DNA of 64,000 nt from Nitrospinales bacterium (GCA_965262115.1 OZ253496.1:132447-196446), one strand, 5' to 3'; positions 46,517-56,535 are shown, counted from the stretch's first letter. A program made the numbers and translations. The notes: generated from the letters alone by a model not told the origin.

Positions 46517-48775
46517 TTACTTTTGAGATCCCACGTAGTTCAGCGCAGAACCTGCGTTGAACCAATTGATCTGATCATCATTCAGGGTATGGTTGACCTG
46601 TACGCTGTCGCTCGACCCGTCTTCATGCTTGACAGTCATGGTTACCGGTTGTCCCTGAGCGATGCTATCCAGTCCGGCAAAACTGATCTTGTCTTTAGCC
46701 TGAATCTTGTCGTAATCGGCCTTATTGGCAAATGTGAAGGGCATGACTGCCTGCTTCTTCAGGTTGGCTTCAAAGATTCGGGCGTAGGAATTAGCGACAA
46801 ATACAAGGCATCCCATATGACGGGGTTCCATGGCCGCATGCTCACGGCTTGAACCTTCGCCTACGTTTTCATCCGCAAATGCGACCCAACCCATTCCCGA
46901 ATCTTTCAAGTTACGGGCGATTTTGTTGAGCTCCTGGTTTTCTTCTCCTGTTACCGGGTTATTGCCTTGTCCGGTCTCGGGATGAAAAGAGTTTGTGGCC
47001 CCCAGGAACATATTGTTGCTGATATTATCCAGATGACCACGGAACTTCAGCCACGGACCCGCTTGGGAGATATGGTCGGTGGTACATTTTCCTTGGGCCT
47101 TAAATAATACGGGAAGGTCCTGATAGTCTTTAACCGGGTCCTGTTTCGGGAAGGGATCGAGAAACGCCAACCTTTCGCTGGTCGGGTCAATGGCAACCTC
47201 TCCAGACATGCTCGGGGCTTCAAAACCTGCGTCCTGAGGGGTATAGCCATTAGGCGGAAGAACTTCTCCGGCTGGGGGTTGGAATTTGAAGTCGTTGCCG
47301 TCCTTGTCTTTCAGGGAGTCGGTCAGCGGATTGAATTTCATGGAACCGCTAAACGCCATGGCTACTACCAGTTCGGGACTGCTGATGAAGCCCAGGGTTT
47401 CCGGGTTGCCATCGTTACGCTTGGCGAAGTTGCGGTTGTACGAGGTAAGGATGCTGTTTTTATCGCCTTTCTTCATATCATCCCGTTTCCATTGTCCGAT
47501 GCAGGGGCCACAAGCATTGGCCAGAACAGTTCCTCCAACATCTTCAAACTCCTGTAGGATGCCGTCACGCTTGATGGTTTGGTAAATGGTTTCTGATCCT
47601 GGTGTCACCATCAGGTTGGTCTGAGCTTTCAGCCCAGCTGCTTTAGCCTGTCGAACCAGGCTGACCGCACGGGTCATGTCTTCGTAACTGGAGTTGGTGC
47701 AGGAACCGATCAACGCGGCGGAAATTTTTTCCGGGTAGCTTTTTTCATCGACTTCAGCGCTCATTGCGGATACAGGTCTACCAAGATCCGGCGTATGCGG
47801 GCCAACGATATGAGGCTCCAGGCTGTTTAAATCTATTTCATGATATTCATCGTAGTGTTTTTCAGGATCAGCTTCCACGGAAGCATCAGACCGTAGATGC
47901 TCGGCGTATTGCTTGCACAGATCGGCAATGGGGCCGCGGTCGGTGGCACGCAGATACGGATCCATCATTTCGTCGTAGCCGAAGGTGGAGGTGGTGGCGC
48001 CGATTTCCGCTCCCATATTGGTGATGGTGCCTTTGCTGGTGGCACTCATGCTTCTGGCCCCTTCACCAAAATATTCAAGGATTTTTCCAGTTCCGCCCTT
48101 AACGGTCAGCATCGTGGCCACTTTCAGGATGACATCTTTGGATGCTGTCCAGCCGCTCAGGTTTCCGGTTAATTTAATACCAACGAGGTGGGGCATTTTT
48201 GTCATGAAAGGTTGACCGGTCATGACATCCACCGCGTCCGCACCGCCAACTCCAATAGCAATGGTACCCATGCCGCCGGCGTTAGGAGTGTGTGAATCTG
48301 TCCCAATCATCAAGGTTCCAGGGCAGGCATAGTTCTCATAAACCACTTGATGAATGATTCCGGAACCTGGTTTCCAGAAACCCATGCCATATTTCATGGA
48401 AGCGGAGCGCAGAAAGTCGTACACTTCCTTGTTGGTTTCTTCGGCAGCTTTTAGGTCTGCCATAGCCCCCGAATAGGCCTGGATTAAATGATCACAGTGT
48501 ACAGTCGTGGGAACATCTACCTTGGGCATTTTAGCCGACATAAACTGGAGAATGGCCATCTGCGCGGTTGCGTCCTGCATGGCTACCCTGTCGGGATGCA
48601 AATAAATGTCGGAAGACCCACGCTCGAGTTTTGAATAATCCGTTGCAGGGTCTAAATGTGTGTAAAGTATTTTCTCAACAATGGTAAGATCACGGCCCAG
48701 GTTCTTGCGGGCGGCATCACAAATTTTTGCATAGGACTTAAACAGCTTTTCAATCGGGGCTAATTCCATTAACAT
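46517..48775 (-). CDS. acn: Aconitate hydratase (about 750-aa, mitochondrial-type architecture)
   Basis: IGTDSHTPNAGG, GSCTNSSYEDM, ANACGPCIGQW cluster-ligand segments plus a C-terminal swivel domain. AAGGTGAAG RBS before the ATG at 48775. Confidence 0.92.
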   Translation of the reverse strand: MLMELAPIEKLFKSYAKICDAARKNLGRDLTIVEKILYTHLDPATDYSKLERGSSDIYLHPDRVAMQDATAQMAILQFMSAKMPKVDVPTTVHCDHLIQAYSGAMADLKAAEETNKEVYDFLRSASMKYGMGFWKPGSGIIHQVVYENYACPGTLMIGTDSHTPNAGGMGTIAIGVGGADAVDVMTGQPFMTKMPHLVGIKLTGNLSGWTASKDVILKVATMLTVKGGTGKILEYFGEGARSMSATSKGTITNMGAEIGATTSTFGYDEMMDPYLRATDRGPIADLCKQYAEHLRSDASVEADPEKHYDEYHEIDLNSLEPHIVGPHTPDLGRPVSAMSAEVDEKSYPEKISAALIGSCTNSSYEDMTRAVSLVRQAKAAGLKAQTNLMVTPGSETIYQTIKRDGILQEFEDVGGTVLANACGPCIGQWKRDDMKKGDKNSILTSYNRNFAKRNDGNPETLGFISSPELVVAMAFSGSMKFNPLTDSLKDKDGNDFKFQPPAGEVLPPNGYTPQDAGFEAPSMSGEVAIDPTSERLAFLDPFPKQDPVKDYQDLPVLFKAQGKCTTDHISQAGPWLKFRGHLDNISNNMFLGATNSFHPETGQGNNPVTGEENQELNKIARNLKDSGMGWVAFADENVGEGSSREHAAMEPRHMGCLVFVANSYARIFEANLKKQAVMPFTFANKADYDKIQAKDKISFAGLDSIAQGQPVTMTVKHEDGSSDSVQVNHTLNDDQINWFNAGSALNYVGSQK

Positions 48776-48994
48776 TGACTTCACCTTATTTTTAGATAGG
48801 GTTACAAATGAAAGACCCGGCAAACCCGTTGCCCGGCCAAAATTTCTAAATTTAAAGAGCCACTTTTAGAGGCGCATATTTTGGCATGGATTCAAACGGA
48901 TTTCAATTTTTTTTAAAACCACGCCCGGCAAGGGCGTATTTTAAATAATTTATCTATTTATAGACTTAACTAGCATCTCCTTAGGATAAGGTTT

Positions 48995-49756
48995 ATGTCT
49001 TCAGTTTTTGATTCACAGGCTTTTAACGCGAATCTGTTTTTCCCCCGGCAGGACACAGCTCCCACCCCCGAAGATTCCGATGAAATTCAGGTGCAGGTAG
49101 AACCGGAAACGATGGTTCATGTTCGGCGACACCCATCGTCCGAAGCCAGCTTCAGTTTGTTGTTCTTTCACGGTAATGGAGAAATTGTATCGGATTACGA
49201 TAATCTGGCCGGGCACTTCGCCGTAATGGGGGCGGAGTTGATCGTCGCCGATTTTCGTGGTTATGGTAGGAGTACCGGGTTCCCGACTTTAAGAGCCTCA
49301 CTGGAAGATGCCCATAAAATTTTTGAACAACTTAAATCAACCGGTAAGTTTAAGGAAAAAGTCTGTATCATGGGCCGGTCGCTGGGTAGTGCGCCGACGC
49401 TTGAGCTTTGTGCCAAACATTCGGATGTGGTCGGTTGCGTTCTCGAAAGCGGTTATGCCGACCCGGTTCCTCTTGTGGAGCGGCGAGGATTTAAAATCGA
49501 TCAAACCACGCCCGAAGAAGACGCGGTTTTTAATAACAGCGAGAAGATCCGGTCGGTGAAGTGTCCGCTTCTAATCATGCATGGGGCTGACGATTTTTTG
49601 ATTGCTCCGCATGAGGCCAAATTGAATTACGACAATGCTGGATCTAAAGTGAAACATCTGGAAATTCTGGAAGGGGTGGGGCACAACGATATGATGATGG
49701 CAGGTTCTTATTTCACCAGCTTAAAACGGTTTTTCGATTCCTGGAGTTCATTGTGA
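48995..49756 (+). CDS. Alpha/beta-fold hydrolase
   Basis: FFHGNGE, nucleophile elbow GRSLGS, HGADD, GVGHND. Confidence 0.8.
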   Translation: MSSVFDSQAFNANLFFPRQDTAPTPEDSDEIQVQVEPETMVHVRRHPSSEASFSLLFFHGNGEIVSDYDNLAGHFAVMGAELIVADFRGYGRSTGFPTLRASLEDAHKIFEQLKSTGKFKEKVCIMGRSLGSAPTLELCAKHSDVVGCVLESGYADPVPLVERRGFKIDQTTPEEDAVFNNSEKIRSVKCPLLIMHGADDFLIAPHEAKLNYDNAGSKVKHLEILEGVGHNDMMMAGSYFTSLKRFFDSWSSL

Positions 49757-50946
49757 AAAAATATTACAACATCGAGGGAATGATCCGCAACGGGTTCAAA
49801 TTGAGCCGAGACTATGAAACCCTCGATTTCAGTTATGCCAGATTCGGTGATGACGCGATGCAGGAGCTGGTTAAATCACGATCCATCAAACAAGTGCGAA
49901 GGTTGACCATCAGCGGGAAAAAACTGACCGCACTTTCGGCCCAGGCGTTGGCGAAGTCCGATAGGCTGCCTAATCTGGAATCCCTGAAGCTGTATAAAAA
50001 TAAAATTGGCGATGAGGGCATGAAGTATTTCGCCGAATCTGACAAACTTTCTCACCTCAAATCCTTTCGACTGGCGTGGAATGAGATTGGACCCGAAGGG
50101 GCTAAGCATTTAGCCGAATCTTCCCATTTTGAGGCGTTGACTTCTTTGGTGCTGTCGGAAAATCGTATTGGGGATGAGGGGTTGAAATATCTGGCTGAAG
50201 CCAAGTCTTTGAGCAGTCTGGAGATCATGGATCTGAGGAAAAACCAAATCACCGACGAAGGGGCCAAGGCGTTAGCCAAAAGTAAATGTCTGCCAAAACT
50301 ACAAACCATTGACCTTTCCGATAATGCCTTAACAGAAAATGGCCTGAACGCTCTGGCCGAATTTAAAATCTTCAACCTCATCCGTGCCCGACTTGGTGAA
50401 GAGGGTACTAAGCTGGACCTCAGCAACCTGAATATCGGCGATGTGGAGTGCAAATGTATTGCTGAATGTGAGGAGTTGAAAGACCTGACCCACCTTTATC
50501 TGGAATTGAATAAGATCACTGCCAAGGGCATCGAGCTTCTTGCTGGCAGCGAATATTTGAAAAACCTGACCTCGTTGGCCCTCGACCGCAACAAAATCGG
50601 CGATGAAGGATTCATTCACATCATTAAATCTAAAACCCTACAGAGCCTTCAGGTGTTGATGGTGGAAAATAACGGCATCACCGATGAAGGCATCAAAGTC
50701 CTCTGTGAAGAAGAGTGCATGAAGAATTTGCTTCGTCTTTATATTGAGGAAAACGAAACCACCGAAGAAGGTCTTGACCTGCTAGCCGAACCCGAACATC
50801 TGCAACAGATCGAATATCCCGAATTCGAGCGTGAAGAAGAAATCGAAGAAGAGGAAGAAGAGGAAGAAGAATTCGAGGATGTCGAAGACATCGAAGAAAT
50901 TGAGGAAGAGGAAGACCTCGACGAAACCGAATACGAAAACCAGTAG
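49753..50946 (+). CDS. Cytoplasmic RNI-type leucine-rich-repeat protein with Glu/Asp-rich tail
   Basis: About 12 repeats of 28 residues (L.L..N.IGDEGAK.LA). No signal peptide. The GTG start overlaps the hydrolase stop (GTGA). C-terminal EEEIEEEEEEEEEFEDVEDIEE. Confidence 0.85.
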   Translation: MKKYYNIEGMIRNGFKLSRDYETLDFSYARFGDDAMQELVKSRSIKQVRRLTISGKKLTALSAQALAKSDRLPNLESLKLYKNKIGDEGMKYFAESDKLSHLKSFRLAWNEIGPEGAKHLAESSHFEALTSLVLSENRIGDEGLKYLAEAKSLSSLEIMDLRKNQITDEGAKALAKSKCLPKLQTIDLSDNALTENGLNALAEFKIFNLIRARLGEEGTKLDLSNLNIGDVECKCIAECEELKDLTHLYLELNKITAKGIELLAGSEYLKNLTSLALDRNKIGDEGFIHIIKSKTLQSLQVLMVENNGITDEGIKVLCEEECMKNLLRLYIEENETTEEGLDLLAEPEHLQQIEYPEFEREEEIEEEEEEEEEFEDVEDIEEIEEEEDLDETEYENQ

Positions 50947-51026
50947 TGCTAGGCGCACGGCCGACTGCAATAGCTCTTACTGGTGAGCAAAAAGTTGTCT
51001 CGGCTTCAAAAGATTTTCCCATTTTC

Positions 51027-51066
51027 TTCCCTCCCTTCATAGGGAGGGACTGAGGGAGGGTTGGCT
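51027..51066 (+). repeat. REP-like hairpin plus G-tract element, copy B
   Basis: TTCCCTCCCTTCATAGGGAGGGACTGAGGGAGGGTTGGCT. Same core as copy A. Confidence 0.75.
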
Positions 51067-51123
51067 AATCCAAAGAGGAGCGGACCAACTAGGGAGTGAT
51101 GTCCCTCCAGGGAATGAAGACAA

Positions 51124-52231
51124 ATGAGGGAGACACCACCGAAAGGAAGTTGCCTGATGACTGTATACGAAATGAAACCTGACCGAATTGAGAAATTAGA
51201 TGAAACTTCTTTTGAAAGGGCAGGGATAAAGGAAAGAACGGACTTGCAACGTCTTCTAAGAAATCAGATTGATGTTATATCACCTGATACTCTGGTTATC
51301 AGTGAAGAATTTGGTGAATGGAAGATTCCAGGCGAAGGATTGATCTGCTTGGTTTGGATAAAGAGGCCAACCTGGTGATTATTGAACTTAAGCGCACAGA
51401 AGATGGCGGCCATATGGAATTACAAGCAATTCGATATGCCGCAATGGTTTCCACTTTAACGTTTGAAAAAATAGTGGAAATCTATGGGGATTATCTTGAA
51501 AAAATGGGGAGTGAAGGTGTTGCAAGAGAGACCATTTAAAAATTTTTGGGTTGGGATGAAGATAAAATAGATGGAGAGGATGGGGTAAATTTGCTCAAGA
51601 CGTTCGTATTGTACTGGCTTCGGCAGAATTTTCTAAAGAACTAACTACGGCTGTGATGTGGTTAAATGACAGGGATATAGACATTCGATGCATTCGTCTA
51701 AAACCTTATGCGGATAGAGATAGATTGCTTCTAGATGTTCAACAGATAATTCCGTTGCCAGAGGTCGAGCAATATCAGGTTCAAGTGCGGGAAAAGACCC
51801 GAAGGGAACGAATAGCAAGAGTACAGTCCAAAGATTTCACGAAATTCGACATCACTATTGAGGGGAATACTGAGAGCCGATTGAACAAAAGAAATGCTAT
51901 TTTTAGAGTGGTATCTCATCTCTGCAAATCAGGGGTGAGTCCAGAACAAATACGAGAGGTTATTCCAGAGAGAAAGAACAGGTTATTTGAGAGTGCGGAG
52001 GGGACACTAAAGTCAGAGGCATTTATTGAGACAGTTCATGAGCGAAGGGTCAGTGAAGGCAAACTTTTTGAACCTGATCGCTTTTTTTGTCAGGAAGAGA
52101 ATTTGGTTCACTGGGATGGAAAAACTTATGTTTTTACCAATCAATGGGGGCAAAGCACCGAAGAGACCATCAAACTTGTAATTGAGAAATTTCCAGACAG
52201 GGGTATTCTGTACAAAATCAGTGATCAATAG
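51124..52231 (+). pseudogene. Decayed PD-(D/E)XK (NucS/RecB-like) nuclease-family gene
   Basis: Three fragments (51124..51378, 51318..51539, 51653..52231) in different frames. Nuclease core RIDLLGLDKEANLVIIELKR. Frameshift near 51325, in-frame TAA at 51537..51539, second frameshift near 51585. Confidence 0.7.
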
Positions 52232-52290
52232 TTAAGTAGGAAGAGGGGCAAGTCTTTTCTTGACTCATGTTGGAACGAAAGCTCGAAATC

Positions 52291-52328
52291 AGCCAACCCC
52301 CCTCAGCCCCCCTGTGAAGGGAGGGAGG
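52291..52328 (-). repeat. REP-like hairpin plus G-tract element, copy C (inverted relative to B)
   Basis: The reverse complement reads CCTCCCTCCCTTCACAGGGGGGCTGAGGGGGGTTGGCT. Confidence 0.7.
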
Positions 52329-52454
52329 CAAATATTTCTTTCTTGACTATGTTGGGACGAAAAAACTAAAAGCACAACAAGCCAAACCGCTGGAGGTTAA
52401 TCACCCCAACCCATCGAACAAAACCTATTGCTCATTGGTTGCGGCGACTCGCCG

Positions 52455-53000
52455 CTACCAGGAGGTGCGCCAGAGTTCCTGGGAAGATTTCATTTTGAAG
52501 ATTTCTTTGACCTTTTCGGTGAAATTTTCATCGGTGAAAGTTTTGGTGTATTCATCCCCGGCAGTTTTGTAAGGGTTCCACGACATGGCCAGTCTTTCGA
52601 TGAACATTTCATCCAGCGGAACGCAGGTGATCTTTTTGATGATGCTGGTTTCAGAGTCAACGAGAATCGCTACCATATTATATTCTTCTTTGGCATAGAG
52701 CGCTTCGATGAACCCGGGTGCTTCCTTTTCCTGCTGAGCCGGATTACACGGGGTCTCCAGCAACCAGTCTTCACTACCGATAGCAAAAATGGGGATGGAG
52801 GGAAACTCCGACTCCGCCACCAGTTTGGCCCTCCATTTTCCGTCAAAGGCCTTGATTTGCGCTTCAGAAGGGTGGGGCACTGAGGCGAGCAGGAGCATTT
52901 CGCCATTGGGAGAAAAGGAAAGTCCGCCACCGTGACCCGCAATGGATAAAGGGCAGGGTTGGCCTTCTCGAAAACTTACAGTCTCATCTATTTCGCTCAT
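52455..53000 (-). CDS. Hypothetical protein
   Basis: 181-aa ORF with ordinary composition. No family recognised. The plus-strand ORF 52428..52883 is taken as its shadow. Confidence 0.5.
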   Translation of the reverse strand: MSEIDETVSFREGQPCPLSIAGHGGGLSFSPNGEMLLLASVPHPSEAQIKAFDGKWRAKLVAESEFPSIPIFAIGSEDWLLETPCNPAQQEKEAPGFIEALYAKEEYNMVAILVDSETSIIKKITCVPLDEMFIERLAMSWNPYKTAGDEYTKTFTDENFTEKVKEIFKMKSSQELWRTSW

Positions 53001-53275
53001 AGTAATATTAGAGTATTCAGGGTTAGGAAAATCCTATTTTGTTGAAGTTGAGGGCTGTTGTCAAGTCCACCACTACCCGTGGAGGGAACTTTCTCTAAAC
53101 GGGCAAGAATTCTTTGGTTTAGTTCGATGTCTTTCCTTTTTTGGGCCACCGACTTATGATGCGCCGGAAATAAAAAGGGTTCAATCTACCTCCATTCATT
53201 CAAAGCGGTTGAGTTCTCGTGTCGGTTCGGTTAGGCTTATCGGTTTAAATCCTTTTATAAAGACAGCACAAAATC

Positions 53276-54670
53276 ATGATTGCGACCCTGATTTCCCACG
53301 CCTGCCTGCTGATCCAATCGCGCGACACCACGGTGCTGACCGACCCGGTGTTTTTTGACTACCTGTGGGAGGAATGCAATATCCAATGCCCCAGCATAGA
53401 TCTTGATTTGGCAAAGCTCCCGAAAGTGGATATTTTAAATATCTCGCACCGGCATCAGGATCATTTTGACATCCGCACCCTGGCTTATCTGGCGGGGGAC
53501 TCGGGCATTCTGGCTCCAGATGCTGTGGTGCTGGCCCCGCGTGACGAGATTCTGCTTGAAGTTTTGAGAGAACTGGAGTTCAAAAATGTGACTGTGGTGG
53601 AGGATTTCAAAACCCTGGAGATCAAGGGACTGACGTTGACACCCACACCTTCATTGAATAAACAGGATTATTTTCCGGAAAATGGTTTGTTGATTCATGA
53701 TGGGGAAGTGACTCTGTGGAACCAGGTCGATACTATTGTGTCGCCGGATATCATTAAGTACATGCATCGTTTGCACGGGCAGTTGGATTTTGCTCATGTT
53801 CGGTACCTGCCACTTTTGGAAGGGAACTTTTGTTTTCATAATGCCTTGGAACTGCCGATGGAGGAGTACGGTTCCTACCTCAAAGTCGCTGCTGCCTGCA
53901 GGCCGAAGTTTGCCGTTCCCGGTTCAGCCGGATTCAAATATCGTGATGAGTTCGGGTTTCTCAATCAATATTCGTTTCCCACCACGCAGGAACAGTTTTT
54001 AAGGGATCTGAAAGATTTTTGTCCGGAGATCAAGAGCAGTGTGTTTTATCCTGGGGACCAGGCCATCATCACCAAGGAGGGAGTGGAAATTCAACAAGCC
54101 GCTTCAGACTTTGTGAAAATTAAAGTGGATGATGGGCATAAACTGGAGTTCAAACCTGTGGCCGAGGTTCCGCCCATTCGCACCCGGACTGAAGATAAAG
54201 CGGAGCACGAAAAACAGTGGCAGGAGGTGGTCGATTTTATCGAGAACCGGTTTGTCGAACTACTGGTTGCGGAAAAAGCTGTGCAGAGCTGGGTGGACTG
54301 GAAGGTGGCCTATCAACTTGAGGTGTTCGGCCATGACGGGTCGGAGATATGGTGTCTGGATTTTGCCGGTGAGGATGCAGGTATCATCAAAGGGCGCATC
54401 GGGAAAATCAACCTCTATGAAGGAATCGCCTGCTCCGAACTTTATAGTCTGATAAAAAATGAAACCAGTTGGGACTTTGTCGGCATCAACGGCCAGTATC
54501 GTACGTTTAAAGATATTTACCGGGTTCGAGTGGGAGAGTTTGAGCATTGGACCAAGACGGACAAAAAGTTTCCTCAGCCTTTGACCGAAGTGTTCCCTGC
54601 GGGGAAAGAGATGGACCGCGCAAAATTTTTGCGCGATGTGAAACGCTGGAAAGGCCAGGCCGGGGCCTGA
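53276..54670 (+). CDS. Metallo-beta-lactamase-fold hydrolase with long C-terminal extension
   Basis: LTDPVF..., ISHRHQDHFD (HxHxDH motif). 464 aa. Confidence 0.75.
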   Translation: MIATLISHACLLIQSRDTTVLTDPVFFDYLWEECNIQCPSIDLDLAKLPKVDILNISHRHQDHFDIRTLAYLAGDSGILAPDAVVLAPRDEILLEVLRELEFKNVTVVEDFKTLEIKGLTLTPTPSLNKQDYFPENGLLIHDGEVTLWNQVDTIVSPDIIKYMHRLHGQLDFAHVRYLPLLEGNFCFHNALELPMEEYGSYLKVAAACRPKFAVPGSAGFKYRDEFGFLNQYSFPTTQEQFLRDLKDFCPEIKSSVFYPGDQAIITKEGVEIQQAASDFVKIKVDDGHKLEFKPVAEVPPIRTRTEDKAEHEKQWQEVVDFIENRFVELLVAEKAVQSWVDWKVAYQLEVFGHDGSEIWCLDFAGEDAGIIKGRIGKINLYEGIACSELYSLIKNETSWDFVGINGQYRTFKDIYRVRVGEFEHWTKTDKKFPQPLTEVFPAGKEMDRAKFLRDVKRWKGQAGA

Positions 54671-54840
54671 GCCAAAAGTGAGAGAGATCGACCGTCATTC
54701 GCGAGGAGCTTTGCAGCGAATGACCTTTACAGCGTGGGCGAAATTTTTAAGGGCAACGCTGTCTGAGATACCCATTGACAGGGTAGGGGCAAGGGGGTAA
54801 AATCCTAATCTTCTAAATAACAAGTAGTTATATATAAATG

Positions 54841-54917
54841 GCGGTGTAGCTCAGGTGGTTAGAGCATACGGCTCATATCCGTAGTGTCGGGGGTTCAACT
54901 CCCTCCACCGCTACCAT
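54841..54917 (+). tRNA. tRNA with CAT anticodon (elongator Met, or Ile2 after lysidine modification), CCA encoded
   Basis: Acceptor GGCGGTG/CACCGCT (G1:U72 wobble), D-arm GCTC/GAGC, anticodon stem TACGG/CCGTA with loop CTCATAT, T-loop TTCAACT. Confidence 0.85.
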
Positions 54918-54929
54918 TTTAATATAGGA

Positions 54930-54970
54930 AAAAAAGGAATTGTGGGATTGCTCGCAATTCCTTTTTTTGT
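54930..54970 (+). terminator. Rho-independent terminator after tRNA(CAT)
   Basis: AAGGAATTG-N12-CAATTCCTT followed by TTTTT. Confidence 0.7.
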
Positions 54971-55054
54971 GGGAATGGTTGATGGTCCGTGTTTGTCCGT
55001 TGAGAGACTGTCCGGTATGATGGCGGGAGGCCAACCCATAAATTCGGGGAATGT

Positions 55055-55408
55055 ATGAGTAGAAAAGACATCAATACACTTATCAAACTTTCCAGAAAAT
55101 TAGGTGAGAGTATTTCTGATGAAGGAACTTTTGAAGAGCGACAATCAAAATACCTTGTTATGAAATGGAAATATAAAGGTATTGCATTTGCCCATAAATT
55201 CCCGGGTTCAGTAAAAACATCATCCATCAATCACCAGTACGCCCAAATGCGAAAGAACTTGCGAGCAAGTGGTTTAGAACCACCGAGTGAATTTGCTACA
55301 AGATTAATGGGTTCCGTTGAACAGCAGGAAATGTTAAAAGAACTTTGGGTTCATCTTGGGACTGATGACGAAGGTGAAACACCCTATGGTGGAGATGTGG
55401 ATAAATGA
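55055..55408 (+). CDS. Hypothetical protein
   Basis: 117-aa ORF downstream of the tRNA. No family recognised. Confidence 0.4.
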   Translation: MSRKDINTLIKLSRKLGESISDEGTFEERQSKYLVMKWKYKGIAFAHKFPGSVKTSSINHQYAQMRKNLRASGLEPPSEFATRLMGSVEQQEMLKELWVHLGTDDEGETPYGGDVDK

Positions 55409-55480
55409 TAAATAGCTTACCCATCAAGTTGGAAGTGACTTGGGGTCAAATAATTTCAAATTTTAAGGAGGTTAATACTC

Positions 55481-55759
55481 ATGTCTGTCGAAGTAACTAT
55501 TGATACCACTCCCAATGAGCATGCTTTAAAGTTCAACCTCAACAAAAAAATCCTTGATTCTGGTTATAAGACTTTTAACAGTCCGGAAGATGCAAAAGAT
55601 TTTCCGGTGGCCTTGAAAATTTTTGAAAACGAAGGTGTGGCGAGCGTGTTTGTAATGGCAGATGGGGAAACGACGTTCATCACCGTCTCAAAAAAACCGG
55701 AAGCGAATTGGGATGGCTTGAAAGATAAAATCGTGGAGGATATTAAAGCGGTGCTCTGA
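55481..55759 (+). CDS. Nfu/NifU N-terminal-domain-like small protein
   Basis: 92 aa. The pattern TPNEHALKFNLNKKI...GVASVFVMADGETTFITVSK resembles the Nfu_N domain. AAGGAGG RBS upstream. Confidence 0.55.
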   Translation: MSVEVTIDTTPNEHALKFNLNKKILDSGYKTFNSPEDAKDFPVALKIFENEGVASVFVMADGETTFITVSKKPEANWDGLKDKIVEDIKAVL

Positions 55760-56535
55760 CGTGAGACTCTTTTTTTGTGCCTTTAATTTTAAAATTTATA
55801 AACCAAGTCCGCGCCAAAATGAGTTGATGTTCAGAACCTAAGTTTTCAGCCAACGGACTCCGGTCGACATCTGAAACTAATACTTTGTACCCAGCAACCC
55901 CTTTCAAACTCCAATGTCGGTCAATCTTGCGAGAAAGAATTGATTTCAATGCCAAATCCTTCAAACCCCCTTCGGCGTTAAAGACTGCAATGCCTGATTG
56001 GGTAGATTGGGTCGAAGTGATGCCAAAGTAGGTTTGCATGTAGTTGTCATCTGCGAAGGTCATGGTCCCTTAACGTTCCAATCCACATCTGTATGGCGCC
56101 CAAAGGAATAGCCGAGTCCAATAATAAATAAAAATCCATCATGATTGCCGGAAATATCATTCTGGAACTGGAATGAAAGTGAGTAATCATCTAAATTCAG
56201 CTTGGCGAAAATTCGGCCATCAATATCGCCAAGTCCATTTAGTTTTACGGAGTCATCTTCTTTCCGGCTCTCGTAATAGCCTAAAGATCCCCCAAACTCC
56301 AGATCTCTGTTTTTCATAAGATAGACGCCTAAACCTACTCTACATTCACAAAAACCGATTTTCCTATGGAAATGTTGACCAGAGGCAAGAGGTCGAATTC
56401 ATAATCATGGGCACCTTCAAAAGTTGGTCGGTTTATTGCAATGCCTCCCAACGAAGCCGAAAAGTCGACTGCTCTCACGATCTCCGGAGAAAAGAAGAAA
56501 ATTGTTAATAGCAATGCTAATAAGGTTTGCTTCAT
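55743..56535 (-). pseudogene. MipA/OmpV-family outer-membrane protein gene broken by two frameshifts
   Basis: Pieces 56335..56535 (signal peptide), 56060..56317 and 55743..56063. The reading frame continues across both junctions after 1-nt shifts (VFVN|VGLGVYLMKNRDLEFGG and WNVKG|TMTFADDNYMQTYFGI). Confidence 0.65.

Noticed and set aside
50782-50970. Minus-strand 62-aa ORF rich in Phe/Leu, opposite the LRR gene tail
   Set aside because: It is the mirror image of the GAA/GAG-rich (Glu) coding repeat and has no independent support.
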